Shown here: positions 24,701 to 33,916 of the stretch, piece after piece
Layout: each line of letters opens with the position of its first letter
Position numbering within the stretch: the stretch's first letter is position 1
NCBI GenBank assembly: GCA_000002445.1
Contig: CM000208.1
Span: forward strand, 384,001 to 448,000
From: Trypanosoma brucei
Lineage: Eukaryota
Reading direction: 5' to 3'
Length of the DNA: 64,000 bases
Notes under the pieces: generated by a model
What the model was told of the DNA's origin: nothing
The model's input: the letters and a program-made list of their open reading frames with translations, nothing else
The model's database searches: none
Translations under genes and position numbers: made by a program

Positions 24701-27700
24701 TGCAGGCGCTTCGCTCCTTCCTCTGCCGCCTGCCATTCAAGCGCACGTACACACAAATCCATGTTATTTTCACGGATTAGCCCTTTCAGCCGCTCACGGC
24801 GCTCCGTGTAGCTGGGCACGTTAACATCAATCAAACGGCTGATGAGATCACCAACCTGCACGTTAAATGGCTCTGGAAGTGCGTCACGGATGGCCACTGT
24901 GCACAAGTTGGAAGCCAGAGAACGAGCCATCGCATCCGCTGCCCGGAGTTGCGCCTTAATGTCGCGGTCGAAAAGAAAGTCCTTAGTGGTAATGTGGCAG
25001 GCTGTTACAGCGGCAATTGTGCCGGAACGCTGCACCGTCGGCTTGAGTTCCTGCGTAACCCTTTCAAGCGTTTTGGCCAGGTATCCCTTGTACACAGCAA
25101 GCCGTTCGCCAAAAAGGCTCGCCTCTTCCTCACTTACCCGCACCGTTTCAGGTGTGATAACGATGGGAGGCCTACGCGGGCCCACAGCCTCAAAAGCAAG
25201 TGCTCCACCCGACGGAACCATAGAATCCTTTGGCTTAAAGGGCTCCGCGTTGGCCTGAAGAGGGCGGTTGGCACGGGCAGCCTGGGTTTGCAATTGCGGC
25301 TGCGCTGCCTGTTGTGGTTGTTGAACTTGCTTATGCGGTTGTTGAACGACATCCTGGAGTTCCATCTTATCCACACGGAAGTCGGCACTCTGGTGAATGT
25401 TTATTTCTCTATACACATCAGATATGCACAACTGTGTGCTGGAGTGGATGGGATGCATGTTGTAGTACTGCTCGATTTCCTCCAGTTTCACATTCATGTG
25501 TTTGCAAAGAAGATCCACCTCAAACCTGAGTGTCACCCGCAGGTTTCTGAGGTTATACATTTCCCACAGGAGACATAATTGCCGCATCGTCCACGGATTG
25601 GGTGGGCAGAAGAAGCGTGAGTCCATGCAATGATGCAACACTCTTGCAATACATGAAACTACTGCCATAAGTTTTCCCTCGCGCAACCCGAGGATAATCA
25701 AATCCTTGAAGCATAGTTCCTGAGCCGTAATGGGAATGTTCTTGGCTAGGGTTAGGAGCCCAAGCCAATAGCCAAGATTCTTGAGCAGTGAGCGCTCCCC
25801 AGGATCGGCGCGTATCTTGTCACTGCTAAGCAGCAGCTTGATGGAAGAAACGGTAGCGCTGCGTATCGCCTTCTCCAACTGCTTCGACTGCAGGTTGTTG
25901 AGGAGGTTCAGGTAAGTAGGATGATAATTCGGCTCCAACGCCGCACGTTTCACCACGAAATACTCAGCAAAGAACTCGTAGTACTCCGGACGTAGCTGTT
26001 TCGCTAACTCACGGGCATTATTTTCAACGTTGTGCAAATCCGTGTTACCAATTATGAAGTTGATCTGCTCCTGGATAACACGCGGCGGTGCTGTAATATT
26101 CTTCTTCGACAGCAGCGTCCCTATGTCGTGCTGATGCAACGTTGCTGCAGCCACGCGATCCTTCTGCTGCTCCGCTGCCAACATATTGTCGCGACGTTCC
26201 GTGCTGAGAGCCAGGACCGCCGGGTCAGAGAGCAACGATTCCACTTCCTTCTGTTGTTGTGTCGTCTTCTCTTGATTCTGTGCACGGCTCTGCGACTGGC
26301 GAGCCGCCTCCTCTGCCTTGATACCCCGGTTAATGGCGGCCATGATGCCAGGTATTCTTATGTCGAGGTCCTTCACATGACGCAGAGCACGCCCGTACTG
26401 CGGCCACTCTGCCAGCCTAGGTTTGATTTGTTCCAACGCTATGATTCCATACTCCTCCACCAGGTGGTCAGTGGGCTTTACAATAACCGGTAACAGGAGG
26501 GTCCACGCGCGTTGTTGTTGGTTCGGCGGAAGCAACTCCCGTGCTATCATCTGACCGTAAAGTGTGGCGAACAGTTGTAGTTCCTTGTGGGGATAGCAAC
26601 CAATAGCGTTGCACTCTTCAAACATGATGCTCACGATGCACGCACAGAGCTGCTTATCACGACTCTTGCTACTTTTCAAAAGCTGCTCAATGAAAGCGAG
26701 TGATGCTGAGATGGTCGGGTCGCCCGCCTTGTACATACGCCTGTAAAACTCCGTTGCATCGTTCTCCACGTCAGTGGGGAAAAGAGAATCAGTTGATGCC
26801 AAGAGTATACGCGCTTGTTCGGCAACGTCACGGAGCAGATCCTTCAGTGAAGAAGCAAGGAAAGTGTTGAGTGCGGCAGTAGCCTTTGGGACGTACTTCT
26901 GTTTATCCAGCAGCTGCTCCGCTACCTCAACAATAGACGTGGCCACTGCAAAGCGGTTTTCTGCGGCGTGAGCCCGAAAGTGCAACTTTCCCTCAAGTGC
27001 CTTACTAATCCAAGAGTCACCAGCACCACCACTCACACCGCAGTTGGCTCCGCCGCCGCCTCCCTCATTGGACTCATCCATGCACATTGCAATAGCAGTA
27101 ACCAACCGCGGGTTGCCACCAACCGCAAGGAACGCCCTAACAGCGTTCTTTGTCTTAAGCACTGCCTCCATTACGTCAATTGTACGACTCGGGACCACAA
27201 TAGTTAGCTCAGACAGTAGAGAAATGACGGTGTTCAACTTTCCGCGCCTTTCTGCCTCGGGGATGATGGTAGTTGCAACGCGTTCAAGCGGAAGCCGAGA
27301 GTCCCTCAAAATCAGTTTCGCGGTGCTGAAGTTTTTCATCGTACCTGGGAACGAGCCAAAGAGCAAGGAATACAGCATGAGAAGTGGATAGCGCAGCGCC
27401 GCCGGCCGCAACGTCTCGGCATCAAAGGCACCGTCGCGGCTTGCAACGTGTACAGCTGCTTCGAGGAAAGGGAAATAGCGCCACAACTCTACTTCTCCCG
27501 CGCGGCTTTCCGGAACTGTCGACGGTGACGCACTGGCACCGGAAGTCGTGGGACTTGAAGCCGCATCCGCAGCGTCCACTTCTACCAGCTCGATTGGTGC
27601 CATTTGGTCGCACGACAGCCCCTGCATCGAAACTTTCTCTGGGTGCTTAAGTATATATTCTAACACGGTGCGCTGCCGGCCGACGTTGCTCCATCTCCCG

Positions 27701-28740
27701 AGGAATATGGTAATCGGGGGATACACACCGGGTGTGCCGGTACCCTTGAACTTACAATACGCATCAAACACGATGGACACATGCTTCCGCACGAACGGTC
27801 CCTCGTTACTCTTATCAAGCATACGAAGGACGGTATCCCAATCCACCGGCTCCTGCACTCTCTCCTGAAGTAACTCCAAAAGTGGAAACGGTGAAATGGC
27901 AGCGTTTTGCTGTACCTTTGTTGGTTCACGCCCGGCTGAAGCCATGAGAGCGTTATACGTGTTCGTGTCCGTTGGCGCACTCCCTTGCGAGGCGAAGAAA
28001 CCAACCACATCCGCCACATCGACTTGGGTGACGGGACGGGGGAACAAGCTGAGCAACTCACGACAGTCTGCCGGCGTCGCCACACAAGCCGTGCCTAATT
28101 CATCAATGATCCTTGACAGGCTGACATGCATATCGACAACACCATCATGTGGCAATACTGTAACCCTGTCATTTGCGCCACCTGCGGCACCTGCGGCTGC
28201 GGCAGAGAGTTGAGTCTCCAAAGCTTGCACATCACCCAGTTGTCGTGCGAGGACACTGTAGGACCAAAGACTTGCGACGTCCTCCTTCACTGTGTATTGC
28301 GCCACACTGATGCCATTGAGGAACTCCGCAGCCGCCTCCTTTCCCTTTTTGCTGCCTGCCAGAAGACCCATCGCAAACTGCAGCTGCTGCGGGGGCGTGA
28401 GCTTCAAGTCCCGCGTCATGAGGGTCACCAGAGACTCCTTCGTTACAGTCACCGGCGACTCATCAACAGCCGCCGACACAAGCGTAAGCGCGTTACTCTT
28501 TTCAAGGGCCGTCGACACAAGTTTAGAGACAAGGAGATTTTTTTCCTCTGTCTGCGGGGGCGTCCATATAGAAGAGACAGCTGCAGACACAACAAACCTA
28601 TACAACTCTACAGACTGCCCGGCTATCTTTTCTAGAGCCTGCAGCGTTGTCTGGAGGGAACTCTTCGTCGCAGACGCTATGAGGTACCGCGCCGCAGCAC
28701 CACGGGAGCTCCCGATGTCAGTAGTATGCTCATACAACAT
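21760..28740 (-). CDS. NOT1: CCR4-NOT complex scaffold subunit NOT1
   Basis: The product is 2326 aa and its C-terminal region resembles the NOT1 superfamily-homology domain (...VLVFYKAFFKLMLVLTHDYSRFLITYHYQLCDAIPPYCVQLLN...). Size and position next to MetRS match the T. brucei NOT1 locus as recalled. The ATG at 28740-28738 was checked. Confidence 0.8.
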   Translation of the reverse strand: MLYEHTTDIGSSRGAAARYLIASATKSSLQTTLQALEKIAGQSVELYRFVVSAAVSSIWTPPQTEEKNLLVSKLVSTALEKSNALTLVSAAVDESPVTVTKESLVTLMTRDLKLTPPQQLQFAMGLLAGSKKGKEAAAEFLNGISVAQYTVKEDVASLWSYSVLARQLGDVQALETQLSAAAAGAAGGANDRVTVLPHDGVVDMHVSLSRIIDELGTACVATPADCRELLSLFPRPVTQVDVADVVGFFASQGSAPTDTNTYNALMASAGREPTKVQQNAAISPFPLLELLQERVQEPVDWDTVLRMLDKSNEGPFVRKHVSIVFDAYCKFKGTGTPGVYPPITIFLGRWSNVGRQRTVLEYILKHPEKVSMQGLSCDQMAPIELVEVDAADAASSPTTSGASASPSTVPESRAGEVELWRYFPFLEAAVHVASRDGAFDAETLRPAALRYPLLMLYSLLFGSFPGTMKNFSTAKLILRDSRLPLERVATTIIPEAERRGKLNTVISLLSELTIVVPSRTIDVMEAVLKTKNAVRAFLAVGGNPRLVTAIAMCMDESNEGGGGGANCGVSGGAGDSWISKALEGKLHFRAHAAENRFAVATSIVEVAEQLLDKQKYVPKATAALNTFLASSLKDLLRDVAEQARILLASTDSLFPTDVENDATEFYRRMYKAGDPTISASLAFIEQLLKSSKSRDKQLCACIVSIMFEECNAIGCYPHKELQLFATLYGQMIARELLPPNQQQRAWTLLLPVIVKPTDHLVEEYGIIALEQIKPRLAEWPQYGRALRHVKDLDIRIPGIMAAINRGIKAEEAARQSQSRAQNQEKTTQQQKEVESLLSDPAVLALSTERRDNMLAAEQQKDRVAAATLHQHDIGTLLSKKNITAPPRVIQEQINFIIGNTDLHNVENNARELAKQLRPEYYEFFAEYFVVKRAALEPNYHPTYLNLLNNLQSKQLEKAIRSATVSSIKLLLSSDKIRADPGERSLLKNLGYWLGLLTLAKNIPITAQELCFKDLIILGLREGKLMAVVSCIARVLHHCMDSRFFCPPNPWTMRQLCLLWEMYNLRNLRVTLRFEVDLLCKHMNVKLEEIEQYYNMHPIHSSTQLCISDVYREINIHQSADFRVDKMELQDVVQQPHKQVQQPQQAAQPQLQTQAARANRPLQANAEPFKPKDSMVPSGGALAFEAVGPRRPPIVITPETVRVSEEEASLFGERLAVYKGYLAKTLERVTQELKPTVQRSGTIAAVTACHITTKDFLFDRDIKAQLRAADAMARSLASNLCTVAIRDALPEPFNVQVGDLISRLIDVNVPSYTERRERLKGLIRENNMDLCVRALEWQAAEEGAKRLHEKLDKIIKEKIDQITAREPPRAPKEYHDVRDLLMHMGEVLRPPHNLPPLQRAVYEEFNNSVPVVGLLTAYVRTLEDATVQHYSTGDAKVLSLTSPEFANGHFGESHDVIRTRVIGISNIINAETAIYCVGPMLRKLFVLAGAMKRADSGTAASNDLTTARHRNVCNLLNEVYLFVLQTCYERGGDIIREELTQLYLQAEQRWSYTDLAVNLLRIKVLNVSRFDAALSKALLAEGMGRQGVVDFAGATLSRVIVNEKLLSAKELRDTVSQLESIASKQDNQTPRQQQNQPKQQRHQPQSQQLPASGQDSGAMGGAQMAPGGAAPTNAMRASPALSNLVEQHVRRLVVPTLAPQNQEDAEKIRGLFEEWLIVNARRMHSSSSESNQASGAATNAPSQEGATAPTTSSPASATAAPTSTTSAALPGNKPPPQYEYMMKLRDNKQLDGPQLRTFLTTSLRFCVEHYATKSLELERSNPAVLGRALTAEWKPGNAPPHRYQYDDGLFTHVDALSDLVTVLLYYCSLKNESRTLLTLLRRVLDAFQWALIDNHQAVVVRLQQAQNPNHLGNAKSELPAGTAYAPMFQQQPYVRFFSNLFTTLVRADSPKRETMEQITSAFADTLHNLPPLKYPAFTFGWLELVSHRIFLNRCLRSPVPWPSYVALLVQGLEFIERFTREGNISKNVLVFYKAFFKLMLVLTHDYSRFLITYHYQLCDAIPPYCVQLLNTVLCSFPSGVKLPEFFARVPDDGSEMRKHPATDNQVKCIEESFKQHHFDGNALSEKLQDDRPMSESYMQSIVEKLQSLHNWRLMNAIVLHVCIVYLQVNDHAVKPNFPESNAMRFYRHLAGSLDHEHRYYFICSCANHLRYPNCQTNFFVKVISNLFLPHRSIRNAVVQQCIQEQITRVAVEKTLIIQPHPWGVLSTFMELMRAPEYGFWEKSFICSTSFLESMFTKLRRSVESRNAQQQVQQSTGSASTSATQGKK

Positions 28741-30136
28741 GGACTAAGGTAAATGGCTCTTAAAAAATGTGGGCCTGCAGCTGCAATCAGCACTGGTTGA
28801 CGCGCCACCCTCCGCGGATGCAGAAATGTTTCCTATACCTTTTCCTCAACTTTCCTCTGTTACTGAAAGGGTTGGTTCCCTTCCGACCAACAGGTCTTTT
28901 TCTTTTTCTTTTTTGCCCCCAAACACAGTCTTCTTTTTCCTCCTTCTCTTCCAGGGACCTTCACAACTGCGCAACCTTAGCTATGTCCTCCCTTTTGTTT
29001 GGCTCCTTATCCTTATTTATTTATTCTTTTTACTCTCTCCCTACTCTTCAGGCCTCTGTCACCCCGTCACTTAATTCGCTGAGCGCAATCCTTTGGGCCC
29101 CGAGAAAATGCGGTGGTAGAAACCTAATAACAACAGGAGGACCTGCGCGCGCAAACAAATGCTAAGACCTTCACACCTCGTACCACACGCTCTGGCGCCT
29201 CCTTTCCCCTCTCTGATGTAAGTAAATATGGAAATATTTACAAACTACACACAAAGGAAAAGGTAAGGGAAAGATTGTGCCTCTTTTCCTTTTCTTTTCC
29301 TTCCTTCACCCTTACTATATACTTATCTAAATATATAGATATATTAAGATGTATACGAGTGGTTATCCCCTTTACACGGCCCTGTAGTCGTACGCCTCAA
29401 TGCTGGTGCTGCCCAGCAAGAACACACGAACAAACCCCGGTAAACTTTCTCTCCCTCCCTTTTTACTTCTTCTTCAGTTCCTTGTTTCGGTCACAATGTA
29501 ACAAAATTCCTACCGCGCAAAAGAAGAAATAATTTTTAAAGAAGCGGAGTCTTCCTTAACCACTTAATTTTTCCGCCTTCTCCTTTACCGTCGGTTGACT
29601 TTATGATTTACCCCCAAAGCCACGCCTCTTTCCCCTCCTCCGCTCTTCTCTGGTTTGCTTTCCTCGTTCCTACTCTTTGAGTGGTCGTCAGTTAGGGTTT
29701 ACATAAAGTGTAAAGGAAGAAAAAAAATAATTTGTGAAGGAGGAAGAAAGGAAAAAAAAAAAAGAAACGAGACGAGACGAGATGTGGAAACAAAAGAGGC
29801 GATGTGGAGAAAAGCGATTAATAGAGAGAGCAACAAATTGTAACCTGAGCAAAAAAGAACAAAGGATTTTCTCAGAAAAAAGTGCCGGGGATGCAGTCCA
29901 ACATGGCAGAAGACCGTACAATCAACTCTTCCTCCACGCAAACCGAAGCAAGTACACTGATATTGAAACTTAAGCAACAGAAGGTAGTAGTAGTAATAAT
30001 AATAAGATTTCTTCCCTTGTCTTCCCCTAGTTACACACCTGACAGTTACGCAACGGTGATCACACGCCCCTCCTCCCATCTGCAGAACGAGTCACACCGT
30101 CGCCCAACATAATAGGCACCAACCGCGACGGTTCCT

Positions 30137-30946
30137 TCAGGAACAACAGCGGTTCCGTCGAGGTGTCGCAGCTGCTACGTTCGGGTTTGAACTGAGGTTC
30201 ACAGTGCTATGTTTGCCACCGCCACCTGACACAAGATTCGCCACCTCATCATCCTCCCCCGGCATATCATCTTCAATCCGCAGCAACCCTCGCCGCTTGC
30301 GACGCTTCGGTGCCCAGGCACTCGATCCTTCCGACTCAAAGAAAACACTGCCACCGGCTCCACTGGCACTATTGTTATTATTGCTACCGCCACCTCCACT
30401 CCCTCCACCCCCTGTGGCTCCCGCTGACGATGCTATAGCTGTTGCTAGCGTCTGAAACGCCTCCGCTACATTCATTCCCGTCCGAGCACTCGTTGAGAGG
30501 TGCTGAGCTCCGTGATCTTTTGCGAATCTCCGGCCCTTCTCTTCGCTCACCTCTCGCTCCTGCTCGAGATCGGATTTGTTCGCGCACACGACGAGTTGTA
30601 TTTGGTCCCCAACCACTGCGCGCAACTCTCGAATCCACAGACGCACCTTCTCGAGTGTGTCAGCGTCCGTCACATCGTAGACGAGGATTGCGCCGTTGGC
30701 ATTGCGGTAATAAATAGGACCAAGCGCATGGAACCGCTCCTGCCCCGCGGTGTCCCACACATTGAGATTGACGGTTTTGTCACTGTTAAGCAATGGAACG
30801 TTGACACTGCTGTACATGCTGGCCTGTGTGGTGCTACGCTGCTGGGCATCAAAGGTGTCGTTAACGAAACGGGAGATGAGAGATGTCTTCCCCACGCGTC
30901 CCTCACCAAGTAGGACAACCTTATAACTAGGCACCGACGACCGCAT
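30137..30946 (-). CDS. RAB21: Rab-family small GTPase of Rab21 type, with a Gly/Ser/Asn-rich hypervariable tail and a C-terminal CCS prenylation motif
   Basis: G1 is VVLLGEGRVGKTSL (human Rab21 has VVLLGEGCVGKTSL), G3 is WDTAGQERF and G4 is NKSDL. The C-terminus is ...RNRCCS. The ATG was checked. Confidence 0.75.
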   Translation of the reverse strand: MRSSVPSYKVVLLGEGRVGKTSLISRFVNDTFDAQQRSTTQASMYSSVNVPLLNSDKTVNLNVWDTAGQERFHALGPIYYRNANGAILVYDVTDADTLEKVRLWIRELRAVVGDQIQLVVCANKSDLEQEREVSEEKGRRFAKDHGAQHLSTSARTGMNVAEAFQTLATAIASSAGATGGGGSGGGGSNNNNSASGAGGSVFFESEGSSAWAPKRRKRRGLLRIEDDMPGEDDEVANLVSGGGGKHSTVNLSSNPNVAAATPRRNRCCS

Positions 30947-30990
30947 TTAAGCACAGAATGGACTAGTGGGTTGTTTTGCACCAGTACAAA

Positions 30991-31012
30991 TATATATATA
31001 TATATATATATG
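30991..31012. repeat. (TA)11 microsatellite
   Basis: Direct reading of the sequence. Confidence 0.95.
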
Positions 31013-31468
31013 TATCTGCTTAGTACAAGTACGGAAACCTAAGAACCAATATGGCACAATGTGGAAGTGTAAGTTCGTATATACACAAAGGTGTATACAA
31101 ACAACTTAATTTCAACAAATGTGTTCCACTCTCTGCTCGGTGCCGGGAAACAAAGAAAAGGGAAAGCAAAGGAGGGAGGGGGTCGCGGTTACATTCAGGC
31201 GTGGGCCCACCGCCCGCAACCAAAATATCAAAAGAAACACAAGTTCCAAAGTAAAATTATCAAACAAGAATGGCAAAAAAAAAAGGGTTCTTCTGCATCC
31301 CTTTATCCCGTTTATGGAAAATAAGTTGATGGTATGTGGAATCTATGCATGTAATTTTTTATGAAAAAGAATCTACCGTCAACGCAAACACTAACCAGCG
31401 CCTTAGCAACTAGAACACAAACACACATAAACACATACAAGGCTGCTAGCACGTAGAGGGTCAGTACT

Positions 31469-33916
31469 CTACAAACACGGTTGAGCTTTACTAATGGGTG
31501 GTACAATACGTAGTTTGTGGTGGTGTAGCGTCCGCGTGGCAGCGTGGAGTAACTGACGCACCTCCTCACAAGTTTCATGGACAGTCGGCAACTGACGTTT
31601 CACTTCTCTCAGTCGTTCGGCCTCAAGTCGTGCAGACGTTGTCCCTCCACTCGCTGGTGTACCCACCACCGCCGCCTGCGCTCTACGAGTGGAGTGGAAT
31701 GCAATAAAAGCATCAATACTGGCGCCGGCAAATGCGCTACCAGTATCTGTTTGGTCACCGCAGGTATCATTCCCACTCCTGGTATTCACTGACGTAGTTG
31801 CGAGATCAAACGACCTGAGAAGCGGCATCCTGGATTTCAGCGACGTCGCGTCATGGCCACTGCCCCTGCAACCTGAGTTATTCGCCTCTACCATTGCCAT
31901 CAGCTCCGCGCTGAGTGCCGCCTTGAGGGAGTACCGAGCCTTCATGTTGTGCTGCACCTTAGTTCGCAACGCCACATCATCCTGGGGAGTTCGGCTGTTG
32001 TTCACTTTGGCACTCCGGCGGAAGAACGCCGACATCTCGTGCAGCTGCTCGAGTCGGTGCGTGGCGCGAAAGCTATTGAACGCATTTTGCAGCGGATAAT
32101 TTGATGGTAGAGAAGAGGCACTCGACGCCTCAACTTCATCATTTTCCATAGCCTCCACCACACCTTTGGCGTTGCGAAGATCGTCGTAGACACAACAACC
32201 ATCACCGCAACGATTGACGTGACTTAGCGACCAAGCAACAAGGGAGCCAAACCGTGCAAGTTGCTCTGTTACGTCCCGCAACCTTTTCTCCAAACCGAGC
32301 ATGTGTCTCAATCCGCAGCACAGCCTACAGTAAGTATCATGTATGGCAGGGTGACACAACTGCAAATCAAGGTCGGAGTGTAAACCCATTGCAGAAATTT
32401 GCTCAGCCCGCTGGTGGAGGACATGCTCAAGGCGGCTAACAGACAACTCGATGAGGCGCCGCACGGAGAGCAGTTGCCGTGAAAGGTCTACTGGTCGACG
32501 CGGAGTGTCAGCCAACTCACCGCCAGCCGCGGGAATGATCCGCGCTTGTTGGTGCAAGCGGTACGCAATGTCTTCCTGTTCCAAAAACGAAGCAGGAGGC
32601 CATGGCACCGCAGCAGGAAACGAGTGCAGCAACACATCACCGTAGTGTTGTTTAGCCACATCGGTAGAACCACATTTAGTGGAGAAGCCCTCACCCAACG
32701 ACCCCACCGTACCGCTCAGTGTTGGTGATATCTCTCCAAAGCCGCCTTTTTTTTCATACTCATCCCCATTACGGCACCATTCCAGCAAGAAGGGGTATGC
32801 AAAGTGAATGTTAACGTGTTCGGCTGTTGCCACGAGCTGATATTCCCTCGTCAACCATAACAAGGCCAACATCAACTCGTCAAGGGAGGCGTGTAGCGGA
32901 GTTTGAACATAAAAAGCATCTCTTCTGTAGCCTAACTGAGATAGCGTGTGTAGTATGAAGCGCCATGCGATTATGGGAAGTGGGTTCTGTAACATGCTAG
33001 CAAATGAAACCTTGGTTCCACGCAAGGGGCGAGTGGAGTCTTCTTGTCGGCGTGGTTGCCGAAACATTGAGGTGGTTGCAGTTTTTAGGGGAGTCGGTAA
33101 TTCTTGCGGAGCAGGAGATTCCGAGATATCGACACTACTACTCACCCTTCCCCGTTGCCCACGCTGATTCGCACCCCTCACCGCTTCGTTAACAGTTTGG
33201 TACGACTGCCACTGAAGCTTTATAGGAAAATCGACAGTTTGGTCACTACGCTCCTCGTCACTCCCCTCACCCAGGCGCGACTGTCTCTCGTCTCCATTGT
33301 CACACAACGTACTGGAGTTTGAGCGTGCTGATGCATGTGAGGGTGATGCCTCTTCCAGTGATGGAAACAAGACCTGGTTTCCTGATGCTGCTACACAGTA
33401 AAACACAGCGTTGAAAAGCACCCTCCAAACGCCATTTCGAAGTTCATGGCAGCGGAGTTGCTGCGGTAACCCAACACCTTGGACCTTCTTGCAAGTCTGA
33501 CCATCCTCGTCGTCGAGTGTCATTTCCCCACCCTTCAGTATTTGGGTGTAGTGCCCTTCGAGTGCAGAAACAAATTTCAGCACGTCCTCATCTGGAGCAC
33601 TGGCGTTTTTCTCACCATTACATTCCCTCGGTCTGCACGCCCTCAAATCCACCTGTTCTTCCTCAAGAGGAGGAACTGTAAAGAAGCCGAGTTCCCCCCA
33701 CACGTGCAGCGCCACATCCCGTACGCAATTTGTGTTCGACGGGAGCTGCGTAATTCCACGCCGGGCATTCCGAGTGAAGTGCTGCGATTCTAATTTGGTA
33801 CTGCGTTCAACTGCCGCCGTCACCAGTTGCTGCGACCAGAATTTTGCATCGCGCTCAAAGTCTGTCAACAGAGGTCCAAAATCCCCTGCTCGCCCAACAC
33901 CAGAAACGCCACTCAT
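31469..33916 (-). CDS. Hypothetical protein of 815 aa
   Basis: A long ORF in the same orientation as the rest of the transcription unit, with coding-like composition and a verified ATG at 33916-33914. I recognise no domain in it. Confidence 0.6.
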   Translation of the reverse strand: MSGVSGVGRAGDFGPLLTDFERDAKFWSQQLVTAAVERSTKLESQHFTRNARRGITQLPSNTNCVRDVALHVWGELGFFTVPPLEEEQVDLRACRPRECNGEKNASAPDEDVLKFVSALEGHYTQILKGGEMTLDDEDGQTCKKVQGVGLPQQLRCHELRNGVWRVLFNAVFYCVAASGNQVLFPSLEEASPSHASARSNSSTLCDNGDERQSRLGEGSDEERSDQTVDFPIKLQWQSYQTVNEAVRGANQRGQRGRVSSSVDISESPAPQELPTPLKTATTSMFRQPRRQEDSTRPLRGTKVSFASMLQNPLPIIAWRFILHTLSQLGYRRDAFYVQTPLHASLDELMLALLWLTREYQLVATAEHVNIHFAYPFLLEWCRNGDEYEKKGGFGEISPTLSGTVGSLGEGFSTKCGSTDVAKQHYGDVLLHSFPAAVPWPPASFLEQEDIAYRLHQQARIIPAAGGELADTPRRPVDLSRQLLSVRRLIELSVSRLEHVLHQRAEQISAMGLHSDLDLQLCHPAIHDTYCRLCCGLRHMLGLEKRLRDVTEQLARFGSLVAWSLSHVNRCGDGCCVYDDLRNAKGVVEAMENDEVEASSASSLPSNYPLQNAFNSFRATHRLEQLHEMSAFFRRSAKVNNSRTPQDDVALRTKVQHNMKARYSLKAALSAELMAMVEANNSGCRGSGHDATSLKSRMPLLRSFDLATTSVNTRSGNDTCGDQTDTGSAFAGASIDAFIAFHSTRRAQAAVVGTPASGGTTSARLEAERLREVKRQLPTVHETCEEVRQLLHAATRTLHHHKLRIVPPISKAQPCL

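Noticed and set aside
21785-28747. Numerous 60-209-aa plus-strand ORFs inside the NOT1 locus
   Set aside because: All are antisense to a 2326-aa conserved gene and none carries a recognisable motif. They are the expected chance ORFs in GC-balanced coding sequence.
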